A DNA stretch of 64,000 nucleotides from Anaerolineales bacterium (GTDB lineage Bacteria > Chloroflexota > Anaerolineae > Anaerolineales > UBA11579), in assembly GCA_040902265.1 (NCBI GenBank), contig JBBDXQ010000108.1:1706-65705 (forward strand). The letters are read 5' to 3'. The notes under the pieces were generated by a model that was not told the DNA's origin, did no database searches, and saw only the letters and a program-made list of their open reading frames with translations. A program made the translations under genes and the position numbers. Below are positions 19,329 through 26,843 of the stretch, one piece after another; the stretch's first letter is position 1; each line of letters begins with the position of its first letter.

Positions 19329-19346
19329 GCGCCTCTTAAGAGGCGC
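19329..19346. promoter_or_regulatory. perfect 18-nt palindrome/hairpin (GCGCCTCTT|AAGAGGCGC) covering the SD-like AAGAGG of the radical-SAM gene
   Basis: Read directly: gcgcctcttaagaggcgc, followed by tcttattATG (ATG 19354). The right arm contains AAGAGG 10 nt upstream of the ATG. Confidence 0.5.
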
Positions 19347-19353
19347 TCTTATT

Positions 19354-20838
19354 ATGTCCATTACCCTGATCAATCCCAATCTAGTCGTACAACGCTCTGA
19401 CCCTTTTACCACCGGCATCGTATATATGCCCATCAGCCTGGCTTACCTGGCGGCTGCTCTGCGCGAGGCGGGCCGCGCGGTGCAGGTGATTGATGCCTAT
19501 GCGGACGCCCCGCGCCAGAACCATACGGATGGGGCTTTTATTTTCTTTGGAATAACTGTCAAGCAAATCACTGATCAGCTTCCTGATGATTTGGAGGCTG
19601 TATTTGTGTATGCGATTAATCTGACCAACCACCTATCCACATTGTCTATCGTAAGGGCGATAAAGGCATCTAGACCCAACATGCCGCTGGTTATCGTGGA
19701 AAATACCCAGGCGGTGACCGCCTATTCGCTATCAGAAGTGGCAGCCGAGTTTTACTTGGCAGGTGCGGATTACATTCTGACTGGCGAAGCGGAGTGGCGC
19801 GCAACCCAGTTACTAGACGCGATTGCCGCGGGTGCAAAGGAAGAAACTTTGCGCACCCTAGATGGGTTAGGAACTCCGAGACACTACAACCCACCTCAGG
19901 GGTTTTTTACTGAGTCGCAGCTTGACGCCCTGCCGTTGCCAGCTTGGGATCTATTTCCATTGGAAAATTATTGGGCTTTGCATTTTGCGCATGGACCAAT
20001 TTCGTCTCAGCGTTACCTACCCTTGCTCACGTCACGCGGCTGCCCCTACCCCTGCGGCTTCTGCGTAGTGCCTGCCACTAATAGACAAAAGTGGCGGCCG
20101 CGTTCGGCCGGCTCGGTGGTTGATGAAATTGAGCATTTCTACAAAACACTGGGCGTCGATGAGTTCCATATCGAAGACCTGGATCCCACCATTTCTGATA
20201 AGCGCATCCGCCAGATCTGTGCTGAGCTCATCCGGCGAGATCTGCACATCACTTGGAAGGTCGCCGCAGGTACCAAAGTCGAGACTATGCGTGACGAGGA
20301 AACCATTGACTTGATGGCAGCCGCGGGTTGCCGTTATATTTCGATTTCCCCAGAGACGGGTTCACCGCGCCTACTGAAACTGATGCGCAAGCCATTCAAC
20401 CTTGAGCACGCTGTGCGCCAGGTTAAACGCATGAATAAAGTAGGCATCCGATCCCAGGCGTGCTTCGTTTTGGGATACCCAGGCGAGACAGATGAAGACT
20501 TGCATCTGACCTGGGACCTGGTGAGAGACCTGACTCGCGTTGGTGTAGATGAGGTGGCGCTTTTCATTGTCACCCCGGTACCCGGTTCCGCGATTCACAA
20601 GCAATTCAGCGGCTACAACACTCTTTCCGAACTGAATTTCAGCCCCACCTGGCGCCAGGATTATGAGCGCCTTAATCGCTTCCGGGTGCGCTTGTATGCC
20701 CATTTTTTGTGGTGGAAATTGCGTTATCATCCGATTAAGTTGCTACGCCAACCGTTCAATTTCCTCAGGCGCCGATTTGAGACCAAGATGGAGATGGTGC
20801 CCTACCGGGCGCTTGTGTTGCGTTGGCTGGCGCGATGA
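19354..20838 (+). CDS. B12-binding-domain radical SAM enzyme
   Basis: ATG 19354 is preferred over TTG 19327. N-terminal Rossmann-like B12-type domain ('LAYLAAALREAGRAVQVIDAYAD'). Cluster motif 'LLTSRGCPYPCGFCVVP' (CX3CX2C). 'ISISPETGS' and 'FVLGYPGETDED' are TIM-barrel radical-SAM blocks. Confidence 0.85.
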   Translation: MSITLINPNLVVQRSDPFTTGIVYMPISLAYLAAALREAGRAVQVIDAYADAPRQNHTDGAFIFFGITVKQITDQLPDDLEAVFVYAINLTNHLSTLSIVRAIKASRPNMPLVIVENTQAVTAYSLSEVAAEFYLAGADYILTGEAEWRATQLLDAIAAGAKEETLRTLDGLGTPRHYNPPQGFFTESQLDALPLPAWDLFPLENYWALHFAHGPISSQRYLPLLTSRGCPYPCGFCVVPATNRQKWRPRSAGSVVDEIEHFYKTLGVDEFHIEDLDPTISDKRIRQICAELIRRDLHITWKVAAGTKVETMRDEETIDLMAAAGCRYISISPETGSPRLLKLMRKPFNLEHAVRQVKRMNKVGIRSQACFVLGYPGETDEDLHLTWDLVRDLTRVGVDEVALFIVTPVPGSAIHKQFSGYNTLSELNFSPTWRQDYERLNRFRVRLYAHFLWWKLRYHPIKLLRQPFNFLRRRFETKMEMVPYRALVLRWLAR

Positions 20839-21764
20839 AGGGTAGGGTAAAAGCAGCGGAAAAAAAAATAGCGGTGGCTATTCCTTGCCACAATGAAGCT
20901 GCCACTATTGCCAGTGTGGTTCGTGATTTTCGCAAGGCCCTTCCTAAAAGCAAGGTGTATGTCTATGACAATGCTTCTACGGATAATAGCGCCGCATTAG
21001 CTCGCAAAGCAGGTGGCCAGGTGCGCTATGTCTCAACGCTGGGTAAGGGCAATGTGTTGCGCGCTATCTTTGATGAGCTACAGGAAGATGTAGTGGTGTT
21101 GGCAGATGGGGACGCCACTTACTTGGCAGAGGAAGTTCATCAGCTAACCACCCCTGTTTTGAACGGGGTGGCAGACATGGTTGTTGGCGAACGGCTAACG
21201 GCTGTTTCGGACGACAGCATGAAACCTATCCATCAATTTGGAAATCGTTTGATCGTGGCTTACATCAATCGCTTGTTCGGGACAAAATACCGGGATGTAC
21301 TATCCGGTTACCGCGCTTTCAATCGGCGCTTCATCGAGAGCGTACCCGTGTTGACCGCAGGCTTCGAAGTAGAAAGCGAGATTACCTTGCAAGCCTTGGC
21401 GGAAGGCTTGCGCGTCGTTGAAGTGCCGGTCCACTATCGTGACCGCCCGAAGAACAGCCATTCCAAGCTGCGCCCCTTTGCAGATGGTTACCGCATTGTG
21501 CTAACCGCGGCCATCTTGTTGCGCGATCACCGTCCTTTGAGGCTGTTTGGGTCTATTGCGCTCGGCTTGTGGCTGTTGGCGCTGATCGCGGTCATCCTGC
21601 GTGTATTTAATTTTCTCGGGCAGACCGGGCTACCGGTAAACATACTGAACGGTGTTATCCTGCTGGGCTTGCCGACCGGTTTGATCGCCTTGGGTATCGG
21701 CCTTTCTTTGAACGCCATCAATACTCGCTTCCAAGAGATCAAAACATTTCTGCGCCGGCGTTAA
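20835..21764 (+). CDS. GT2 glycosyltransferase with C-terminal TM helices (polyprenyl-phosphate sugar synthase type; DPM1/GtrB/ArnC-like)
   Basis: ATG 20835 forms an ATGA overlap with the radical-SAM gene. 'IAVAIPCHNEAATIASVVRDF..VYVYDNASTDNS', 'VLADGDATY', 'SGYRAFNRRF', then two hydrophobic helices ('LRLFGSIALGLWLLALIAVIL', 'GVILLGLPTGLIALGIGLSL'). Confidence 0.8.
   Translation: MKGRVKAAEKKIAVAIPCHNEAATIASVVRDFRKALPKSKVYVYDNASTDNSAALARKAGGQVRYVSTLGKGNVLRAIFDELQEDVVVLADGDATYLAEEVHQLTTPVLNGVADMVVGERLTAVSDDSMKPIHQFGNRLIVAYINRLFGTKYRDVLSGYRAFNRRFIESVPVLTAGFEVESEITLQALAEGLRVVEVPVHYRDRPKNSHSKLRPFADGYRIVLTAAILLRDHRPLRLFGSIALGLWLLALIAVILRVFNFLGQTGLPVNILNGVILLGLPTGLIALGIGLSLNAINTRFQEIKTFLRRR
20860..20868 (+). 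repeat. A9 homopolymer tract inside the 5' end of the GT2 gene (codons 9-12)
   Basis: 'gcggAAAAAAAAAtagcg' encodes ..AEKKI... It is the longest homopolymer I noticed in a coding region here. Confidence 0.9.
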
Positions 21765-21765
21765 T

Positions 21766-22701
21766 GTGATGATCGAAAATCTCAATCAGTATCAGGCGTT
21801 GCTGGAAACCGTCCCCTGCAATCTGTGCGGAGCAGATGACTACGAGGTCATTTACCCGCCGCGCTATGAACTGGCTAAGCCTGAAGAGATTGCCAACACC
21901 TTCCGCTCCTCGGGTGACGAGGTGCTGATAGACCAACTGGTACGCTGCAAACGCTGTGGTCTGCAGTTCCTCAACCCGCGTCTGCGCGCCGATGTGGTCA
22001 TCGACGGGTATAGCGTTGGCAGCGACGAACTTTTCGTCTCGCAAGCCCTGGGGCGCGAGCGCACCTTCGCTAAATCGCTTAAGATGATCGAAGGTCTGTA
22101 TCCGCAGCGCGGACGTCTACTGGACATTGGGACCGCCGGAGGCTCATTTTTGGCTGTGGCCAGGAAGGCGGGCTGGGAAGTTGCCGGCTGTGAACCCAAC
22201 CGTTGGCTTTGCGAGTGGGCTAACCAGCACTATGACCTGAGCGTCGTCCCGGGGACCGTATTCGATATGCAACTGGCAGCAGCTTCCTTTGATGTGGTTA
22301 CTTTATGGGACGTGCTGGAGCACACTTCCGATCCCAAAGCCACACTGCAGGAATGTAAGCGAGTGCTGATGCAAAAGGGGCTTTTGGTGGTCAATTACCC
22401 TGACATTGCATCCCCGGTGAGCCGTGTGATGAGGCGCAAGTGGGTTTTCCTGTTGTCAGTCCATCTGTATTACTTTACTGGCAAAACCTTGCCGCTCATG
22501 CTGGAAGAATTGGGTTTCAAAGTCGTGCAACGCAGACGCCACTGGCAAACTCTTGAGCTGGGCTATATCTTGTTCCGCATGGAGGCTTATCTCAAGCCAA
22601 TCGCGCGCGTTTTTGGCTGGTTGGTGATATGGCTTGGGTTGGCTCACCTGCAAATACCCTATTGGATGGGCCAGAACCTGGTGATCGCCGAAAAGCAATA
22701 A
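21766..22701 (+). CDS. class I SAM methyltransferase with an N-terminal Cys4 zinc-ribbon
   Basis: 311-aa ORF. 'CNLCGADDYEV....CKRCGLQFLNP' (CxxC...CxxC), 'LLDIGTAGGSFLAVARKAGWEVAGCEPN', 'FDVVTLWDVLEHTSDP'. Confidence 0.75.
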   Translation: MMIENLNQYQALLETVPCNLCGADDYEVIYPPRYELAKPEEIANTFRSSGDEVLIDQLVRCKRCGLQFLNPRLRADVVIDGYSVGSDELFVSQALGRERTFAKSLKMIEGLYPQRGRLLDIGTAGGSFLAVARKAGWEVAGCEPNRWLCEWANQHYDLSVVPGTVFDMQLAAASFDVVTLWDVLEHTSDPKATLQECKRVLMQKGLLVVNYPDIASPVSRVMRRKWVFLLSVHLYYFTGKTLPLMLEELGFKVVQRRRHWQTLELGYILFRMEAYLKPIARVFGWLVIWLGLAHLQIPYWMGQNLVIAEKQ

Positions 22702-22729
22702 TCACAGTTATCATTCACAAACTAATTCA

Positions 22730-22757
22730 GCGGGCGGCTTCTGGCCGCCCGCTTGTT
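22730..22757 (+). terminator. intrinsic-terminator-like hairpin after the methyltransferase gene
   Basis: GCGGGCGGC-ttctg-GCCGCCCGC is a perfect 9-bp GC stem (10 bp with the flanking A:T). It is followed by TTGTT, so the U-tract is short and imperfect. Confidence 0.5.
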
Positions 22758-22768
22758 GGAGACCCAAA

Positions 22769-24190
22769 TTGGCAGATAAAAAGAAGATCGTTATTTTAGG
22801 CGCTGGGGTTGGCGGACTGGCTGCGGGCTACTTCTTGGCCCGCACCGGTAAATTCCAGGTGACCGTTTTGGAAAAAGAACCTGTTATCGGCGGTTTGTGC
22901 GCCAGTTTTGAGCATGATGGCTTTATTCTGGATTATGGCGCTCACAAGCTGTACTCGGTGATCCCTGGTGTGTTAGAGGAAGTGGTTTCTCTGATGGGCG
23001 AACGCCTGTTACGCCTGCCAAAGAAGAACCGCCTCTTCTTGGATGGCCACTTGGTGGATTACCCCTTGAAGTTGGGCAATCTGGCCAAGGTTCTTGGGCC
23101 GTTTCGCTTTCTGAAACTTGGGTTGGGATATGTTATTCAAATTATCGTAGGGGCCTTTAGGCGAGGCCAGCCGCGTTCTTATGAAGATTACATAATCCGC
23201 CGCTTCGGAACCCCCACTTACGAATTGGTGTTTAAGCCTCTGGCGGAAAAGGTTTGGGGAGACCCCGCCAGCTTGCATCCCGAGATGGCGCGCACGCGCT
23301 TGCCGGCATCCGGCGGGATGGACCTGATCCTAAAGTTGATTGGGTTACGCAAAGAGACTGCAACCACTAACGCAGAGTTCTTTTATTACCCGCGCACCGG
23401 GTTTGGCGATTGGCCACAGGCACTTGCCGAGGGGATACGTACATTCGGAGGCGAAGTGCTGACCTCAGTTAATGTGCGGGGTCTAGTGACATACGATGGT
23501 AAGGTGCAGAGTGTGTTACTAAACACCAGCGAGGAAACAAAAGAGCTCGACTGCGATTATTTAATTTCCTCCCTTCCCCTGCCCCTACTGGGGGGGATGG
23601 TTTTTGGCGAAAAGGACGTAGAGTTCAACCAAGCGGTAAAAGGGCTGCAATTCCGTCATTTAATCCTGGTCTATATTGACGTGAAACGCCCCCTGGTCTT
23701 GGCAGATCAATGGATATTTTTTCCTCAGCGCAATGTGATCTTTAGTCGTCTCTTTGAACAAAAACAAATGAACCCGGAATTGGGTCCAGCAGACCGAACG
23801 ATGATCACTGCCGATTTCACCGCGGATGAGGGTAGTGAATTATGGAAAGCCAGTGATGAAACGTTAGCCCAGCGCGTGGTTGATGGCCTAGTGCACACCG
23901 GGCTGATCAAGCGCGAAGAAGTGTTAAGCAGCCTGGTGATCCGCCGGCGTAACTTTTACCCGCGCTACGATCTGGCTTATGCTGAGAAGATGAAGCTGGT
24001 CAGTGACAGGTTGCGTTTGGTACCGAATCTGCTTACCACTGGACGCATCGGCATGTACAACTACAACAACTCAGACCATTGCGCTGATATGGGCCGCTTC
24101 ATCGCAGAGCAATTGGCCGCAGGTGAAGCGCCGCCTGAGATCTGGCGCGCGCTGGAGCAACGCGTCGCAGATTATAAGATCGTGGATTAA
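22769..24190 (+). CDS. FAD/NAD(P)-binding oxidoreductase (amine-oxidase/UDP-galactopyranose-mutase-like superfamily)
   Basis: 473-aa ORF. TTG start preceded by GGAG at a 7-nt spacing. 'KKIVILGAGVGGLAAGYFLA..VTVLEKEPVIGG' is a dinucleotide-binding fold. C-terminal 'LLTTGRIGMYNYNNSDHCADMG' resembles the GR-x-G-x-Y-x-Y block of UGM-type flavoenzymes. Confidence 0.7.
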   Translation: MADKKKIVILGAGVGGLAAGYFLARTGKFQVTVLEKEPVIGGLCASFEHDGFILDYGAHKLYSVIPGVLEEVVSLMGERLLRLPKKNRLFLDGHLVDYPLKLGNLAKVLGPFRFLKLGLGYVIQIIVGAFRRGQPRSYEDYIIRRFGTPTYELVFKPLAEKVWGDPASLHPEMARTRLPASGGMDLILKLIGLRKETATTNAEFFYYPRTGFGDWPQALAEGIRTFGGEVLTSVNVRGLVTYDGKVQSVLLNTSEETKELDCDYLISSLPLPLLGGMVFGEKDVEFNQAVKGLQFRHLILVYIDVKRPLVLADQWIFFPQRNVIFSRLFEQKQMNPELGPADRTMITADFTADEGSELWKASDETLAQRVVDGLVHTGLIKREEVLSSLVIRRRNFYPRYDLAYAEKMKLVSDRLRLVPNLLTTGRIGMYNYNNSDHCADMGRFIAEQLAAGEAPPEIWRALEQRVADYKIVD

Positions 24191-24208
24191 TTAAAGGCCA
24201 AGTGGGTC

Positions 24209-26818
24209 ATGGCAGCTAAGGTATCGTTTCCAATTTGGTATATAAATCTTTTTTTGTCCGCCTTTTTTGGTTGGTTATGCTTGGTCTGGCTGCTCAGTGC
24301 AGCCAGCGAGCCAGCCAGCGCGGTTGTGCTTGGTTATTCACTTGAACGCTTGGTGCTTGCCGCAATCTTGTTTGTTTCCGCGGCCGCATTTAGTTCCTTG
24401 GCGCTAATCAGTTGGCGTGATGGTTTCTGGCTAGAAAAAGTTAATCGTTTAGCAAAGTCAATCATCGTAAACGGCAGAAATGCCTGGCTAATCGGGGGAA
24501 TTGGATTGTCTGTACTCATCGTTTGCTGGATTCTGTTTTTCCTTTCGCCAGAGCGGACGATCATGTTGCTTGGTTCACTGTCCTTATATATAGAAAGGGT
24601 CAAACCACTATTGCTGTATGCGCTATTGCTAAGCTTGATCTGGTTGCCACAATTGTTGTTCATCCGTTTTGGTATTGATATCAAAGCTGTTGAAAACGAA
24701 CGCGATACCGTGCGACGAAGCTTTGCCATTTCTGTTGGGTTGCTGAGCGCTGCAGCTGTCATTGGCCTCGCCGGCCTTGGCTTGGGTTTTGATGCCACCG
24801 AATGGAATGCGCCAAATGCCCCATTATTAAGCGGCCAGATATTCATTAACCTACTGCTCGTCTTGTTGACGCTGGCGGCAGCCTTCGGGTTACGCAGTTG
24901 GATGAAGGGGAGGTCGCCTTACGCAGAACATCGGTTTGATCTGGCTTTGGCTGGTCTCGTTTGGTTCCTAGCTGCAGTCTTGTGGCTGGGGCAGCCAGCC
25001 GCACCTACTTACTACAATTCACCGGCTCTACCTCCCGCGGATCAAAGTTACCCTCTTTCGGATGCGTTCAACCATGATGTGATTGCAAACAATGTCCTGA
25101 TCGGCGAGGGATTCCGTTTTGGTGGGCAGGTGGCTATCCGCCGACCGGCTTATGTGCTGTTCTTGGCTGGGCTTGAGGGCATGCTCGGTGCTGATTATGC
25201 GGCAGTGGTAACCGTTCAAGTGATCTTACTGGCGCTTTTCCCCGCGTTGCTGTATTTGCTCGGCGCTAAACTGCATAGCCGCTTTACGGGCTTATTCCTG
25301 GCCGGGTTGATTATTTTGCGTGAAACCAACTCGATTGCCTTGGGTGATGTGATCAACACGTCACATGCCAAGTTGCTTATGGTCGATCTGCCCGCAGCAT
25401 TGATGACGGCTGCTGTGGCGTTCGCGGTAATCAGCTGGTTGAGCCGTCCTGCGCACAATCCGATAACTGCTTTCTTGGTAGGAGGCTTACTGGGCTTGGC
25501 TATCCTATTGCGCTCCCAAAACCTGACCTTGTTGCCCTTTATTGTCTTGCTGGCCTTACTTGTTTGGGGCTGGCGGGCAGCCTGGCGGCCTGTTTTATTG
25601 TTCACCCTCGGCGCGCTGCTTGTGGCCGCCCCGTGGATTGTGCGGAACCGAGTGCTGATTGGGCAATGGGTGATCGAAGATGCGGCCGTCTCCGGGTTCC
25701 TAGCCAACCGTTACAGCTTCACGCCTGGTACGTTTGGACTACCTTTTTTACAGGGGGAAAATGAAGGCGATTATTACGCACGCCAGATGGGTCACGTGCG
25801 TGAGTTCGCCTTGCAAAACCCGGGGTATGTGGCCAGTTTTGTGGCCGATAATTTTGTGCGCAACCAGATGGTTAATTTCATGGCTATGCCACTATCTTTA
25901 CAGCTTCGTGACGCGGAATCCCACGTGCGCCAATTGCCTTATTGGCCAAGCTGGGATGGGAGTTTGGCTTTCGAAAGTTATATTCCCGTGCTTGCTAACA
26001 TACTAATCATCGGGGTGGGGTTGGCCTCGGCCTGGAAACAAGCGCGCTGGGTAGGCTTGGTGCCTTTGTTCATCAATATTGGTTTCACATCCAATTTAGC
26101 CTTGGCCCGTGTTTCAGGTTGGCGTTACAACCTGCCTGTTGATTGGACGATGCTGTTTTATTATGCGCTTGGCGTAGGCCAGCTTTTCGTGTGGGGTTTG
26201 TTACTACTGGGCGGAGTGCGGTGGGCTAAGAATTTTCTGGCTAACCTGCAACCTGTAAAAGTTAAGAAAACTGATCGGCGAGTAAATGAGAGCCGTGTGC
26301 CCATTAGGAATTACGCTGCCGTTCTCATCGTGTTGCTCTTCGTAGGAGCATCTTTCTCGATCATCGAAGCGCTAAGTACATCGCGTTATACAGACGTCAC
26401 GCGCGAACAGGCAGCGGTTTTGCTGACCGAGACAGAAACGCAGAATGAAGCTGGTAAGCATCAACTGCTTGAGCTTTTGTCTGCAGGAAAGTTGGGGGTG
26501 TTTTCTGGACGAGCGCTTCACCCGCGTTATTTCGCGGCAGGTGAAGGCATTCCGGAGAGAGAGTTTGTATTGATTACCCCCTTAGATTTTGAGCGCTTAA
26601 CCTTTTACCTGCTTGGCCCGGACCCCGCCTCTGTCATTCTGCCCGTGGATGGTGTGCCAGCCAGTTTTCCCGCCAGTTCGAACGTGTTCGTATTCCATTG
26701 CGGTGATACATTGCAGGCAGCCGCCGTGATCATTGTTTACGAAGATAAATTGGCGAGGCTGATTATCTCCAATCGCTTAGTAGAGGGCTGCCCCAGCTTG
26801 ATTTCTCAGACCCCATAA
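24209..26818 (+). CDS. large GT-C-like integral membrane protein (paralogue of 16647-19298)
   Basis: 869-aa ORF. 'YPLSDAFNHDVIANNVLIGEGF', 'ALFPALLYLLGAKLHSRFTG', 'SHAKLLMVDLPAAL', 'ARVSGWRYNLPVDW', 'GRALHPRYFAAGEG' are all collinear with the 883-aa ORF. Confidence 0.6.
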   Translation: MAAKVSFPIWYINLFLSAFFGWLCLVWLLSAASEPASAVVLGYSLERLVLAAILFVSAAAFSSLALISWRDGFWLEKVNRLAKSIIVNGRNAWLIGGIGLSVLIVCWILFFLSPERTIMLLGSLSLYIERVKPLLLYALLLSLIWLPQLLFIRFGIDIKAVENERDTVRRSFAISVGLLSAAAVIGLAGLGLGFDATEWNAPNAPLLSGQIFINLLLVLLTLAAAFGLRSWMKGRSPYAEHRFDLALAGLVWFLAAVLWLGQPAAPTYYNSPALPPADQSYPLSDAFNHDVIANNVLIGEGFRFGGQVAIRRPAYVLFLAGLEGMLGADYAAVVTVQVILLALFPALLYLLGAKLHSRFTGLFLAGLIILRETNSIALGDVINTSHAKLLMVDLPAALMTAAVAFAVISWLSRPAHNPITAFLVGGLLGLAILLRSQNLTLLPFIVLLALLVWGWRAAWRPVLLFTLGALLVAAPWIVRNRVLIGQWVIEDAAVSGFLANRYSFTPGTFGLPFLQGENEGDYYARQMGHVREFALQNPGYVASFVADNFVRNQMVNFMAMPLSLQLRDAESHVRQLPYWPSWDGSLAFESYIPVLANILIIGVGLASAWKQARWVGLVPLFINIGFTSNLALARVSGWRYNLPVDWTMLFYYALGVGQLFVWGLLLLGGVRWAKNFLANLQPVKVKKTDRRVNESRVPIRNYAAVLIVLLFVGASFSIIEALSTSRYTDVTREQAAVLLTETETQNEAGKHQLLELLSAGKLGVFSGRALHPRYFAAGEGIPEREFVLITPLDFERLTFYLLGPDPASVILPVDGVPASFPASSNVFVFHCGDTLQAAAVIIVYEDKLARLIISNRLVEGCPSLISQTP

Positions 26819-26828
26819 CCCACCAAGC

Positions 26829-26834
26829 TATAAT
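26829..26834 (+). promoter_or_regulatory. -10-like TATAAT 9 nt upstream of ATG 26844 (possible near-leaderless start)
   Basis: 'caagcTATAATTTTCAatccATG'. No SD. Same 11-mer as at 19316. Confidence 0.35.
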
Positions 26835-26843
26835 TTTCAATCC

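Noticed and set aside
19354-20838. The radical-SAM enzyme as a RiPP/peptide maturase
   Set aside because: No small precursor-peptide ORF, protease or RiPP transporter lies nearby. The gene is ATGA-coupled to a glycosyltransferase.
24334-25707. Minus-strand ORFs of 170 aa (24334-24846) and 163 aa (25216-25707) inside the 869-aa membrane-protein gene; similar ones at 15817-16266 and 7578-8072
   Set aside because: They lie antisense to ORFs supported by paralogue conservation or hydrophobic periodicity. Their products are Arg/Ser/Pro/Ala-rich and low in complexity.
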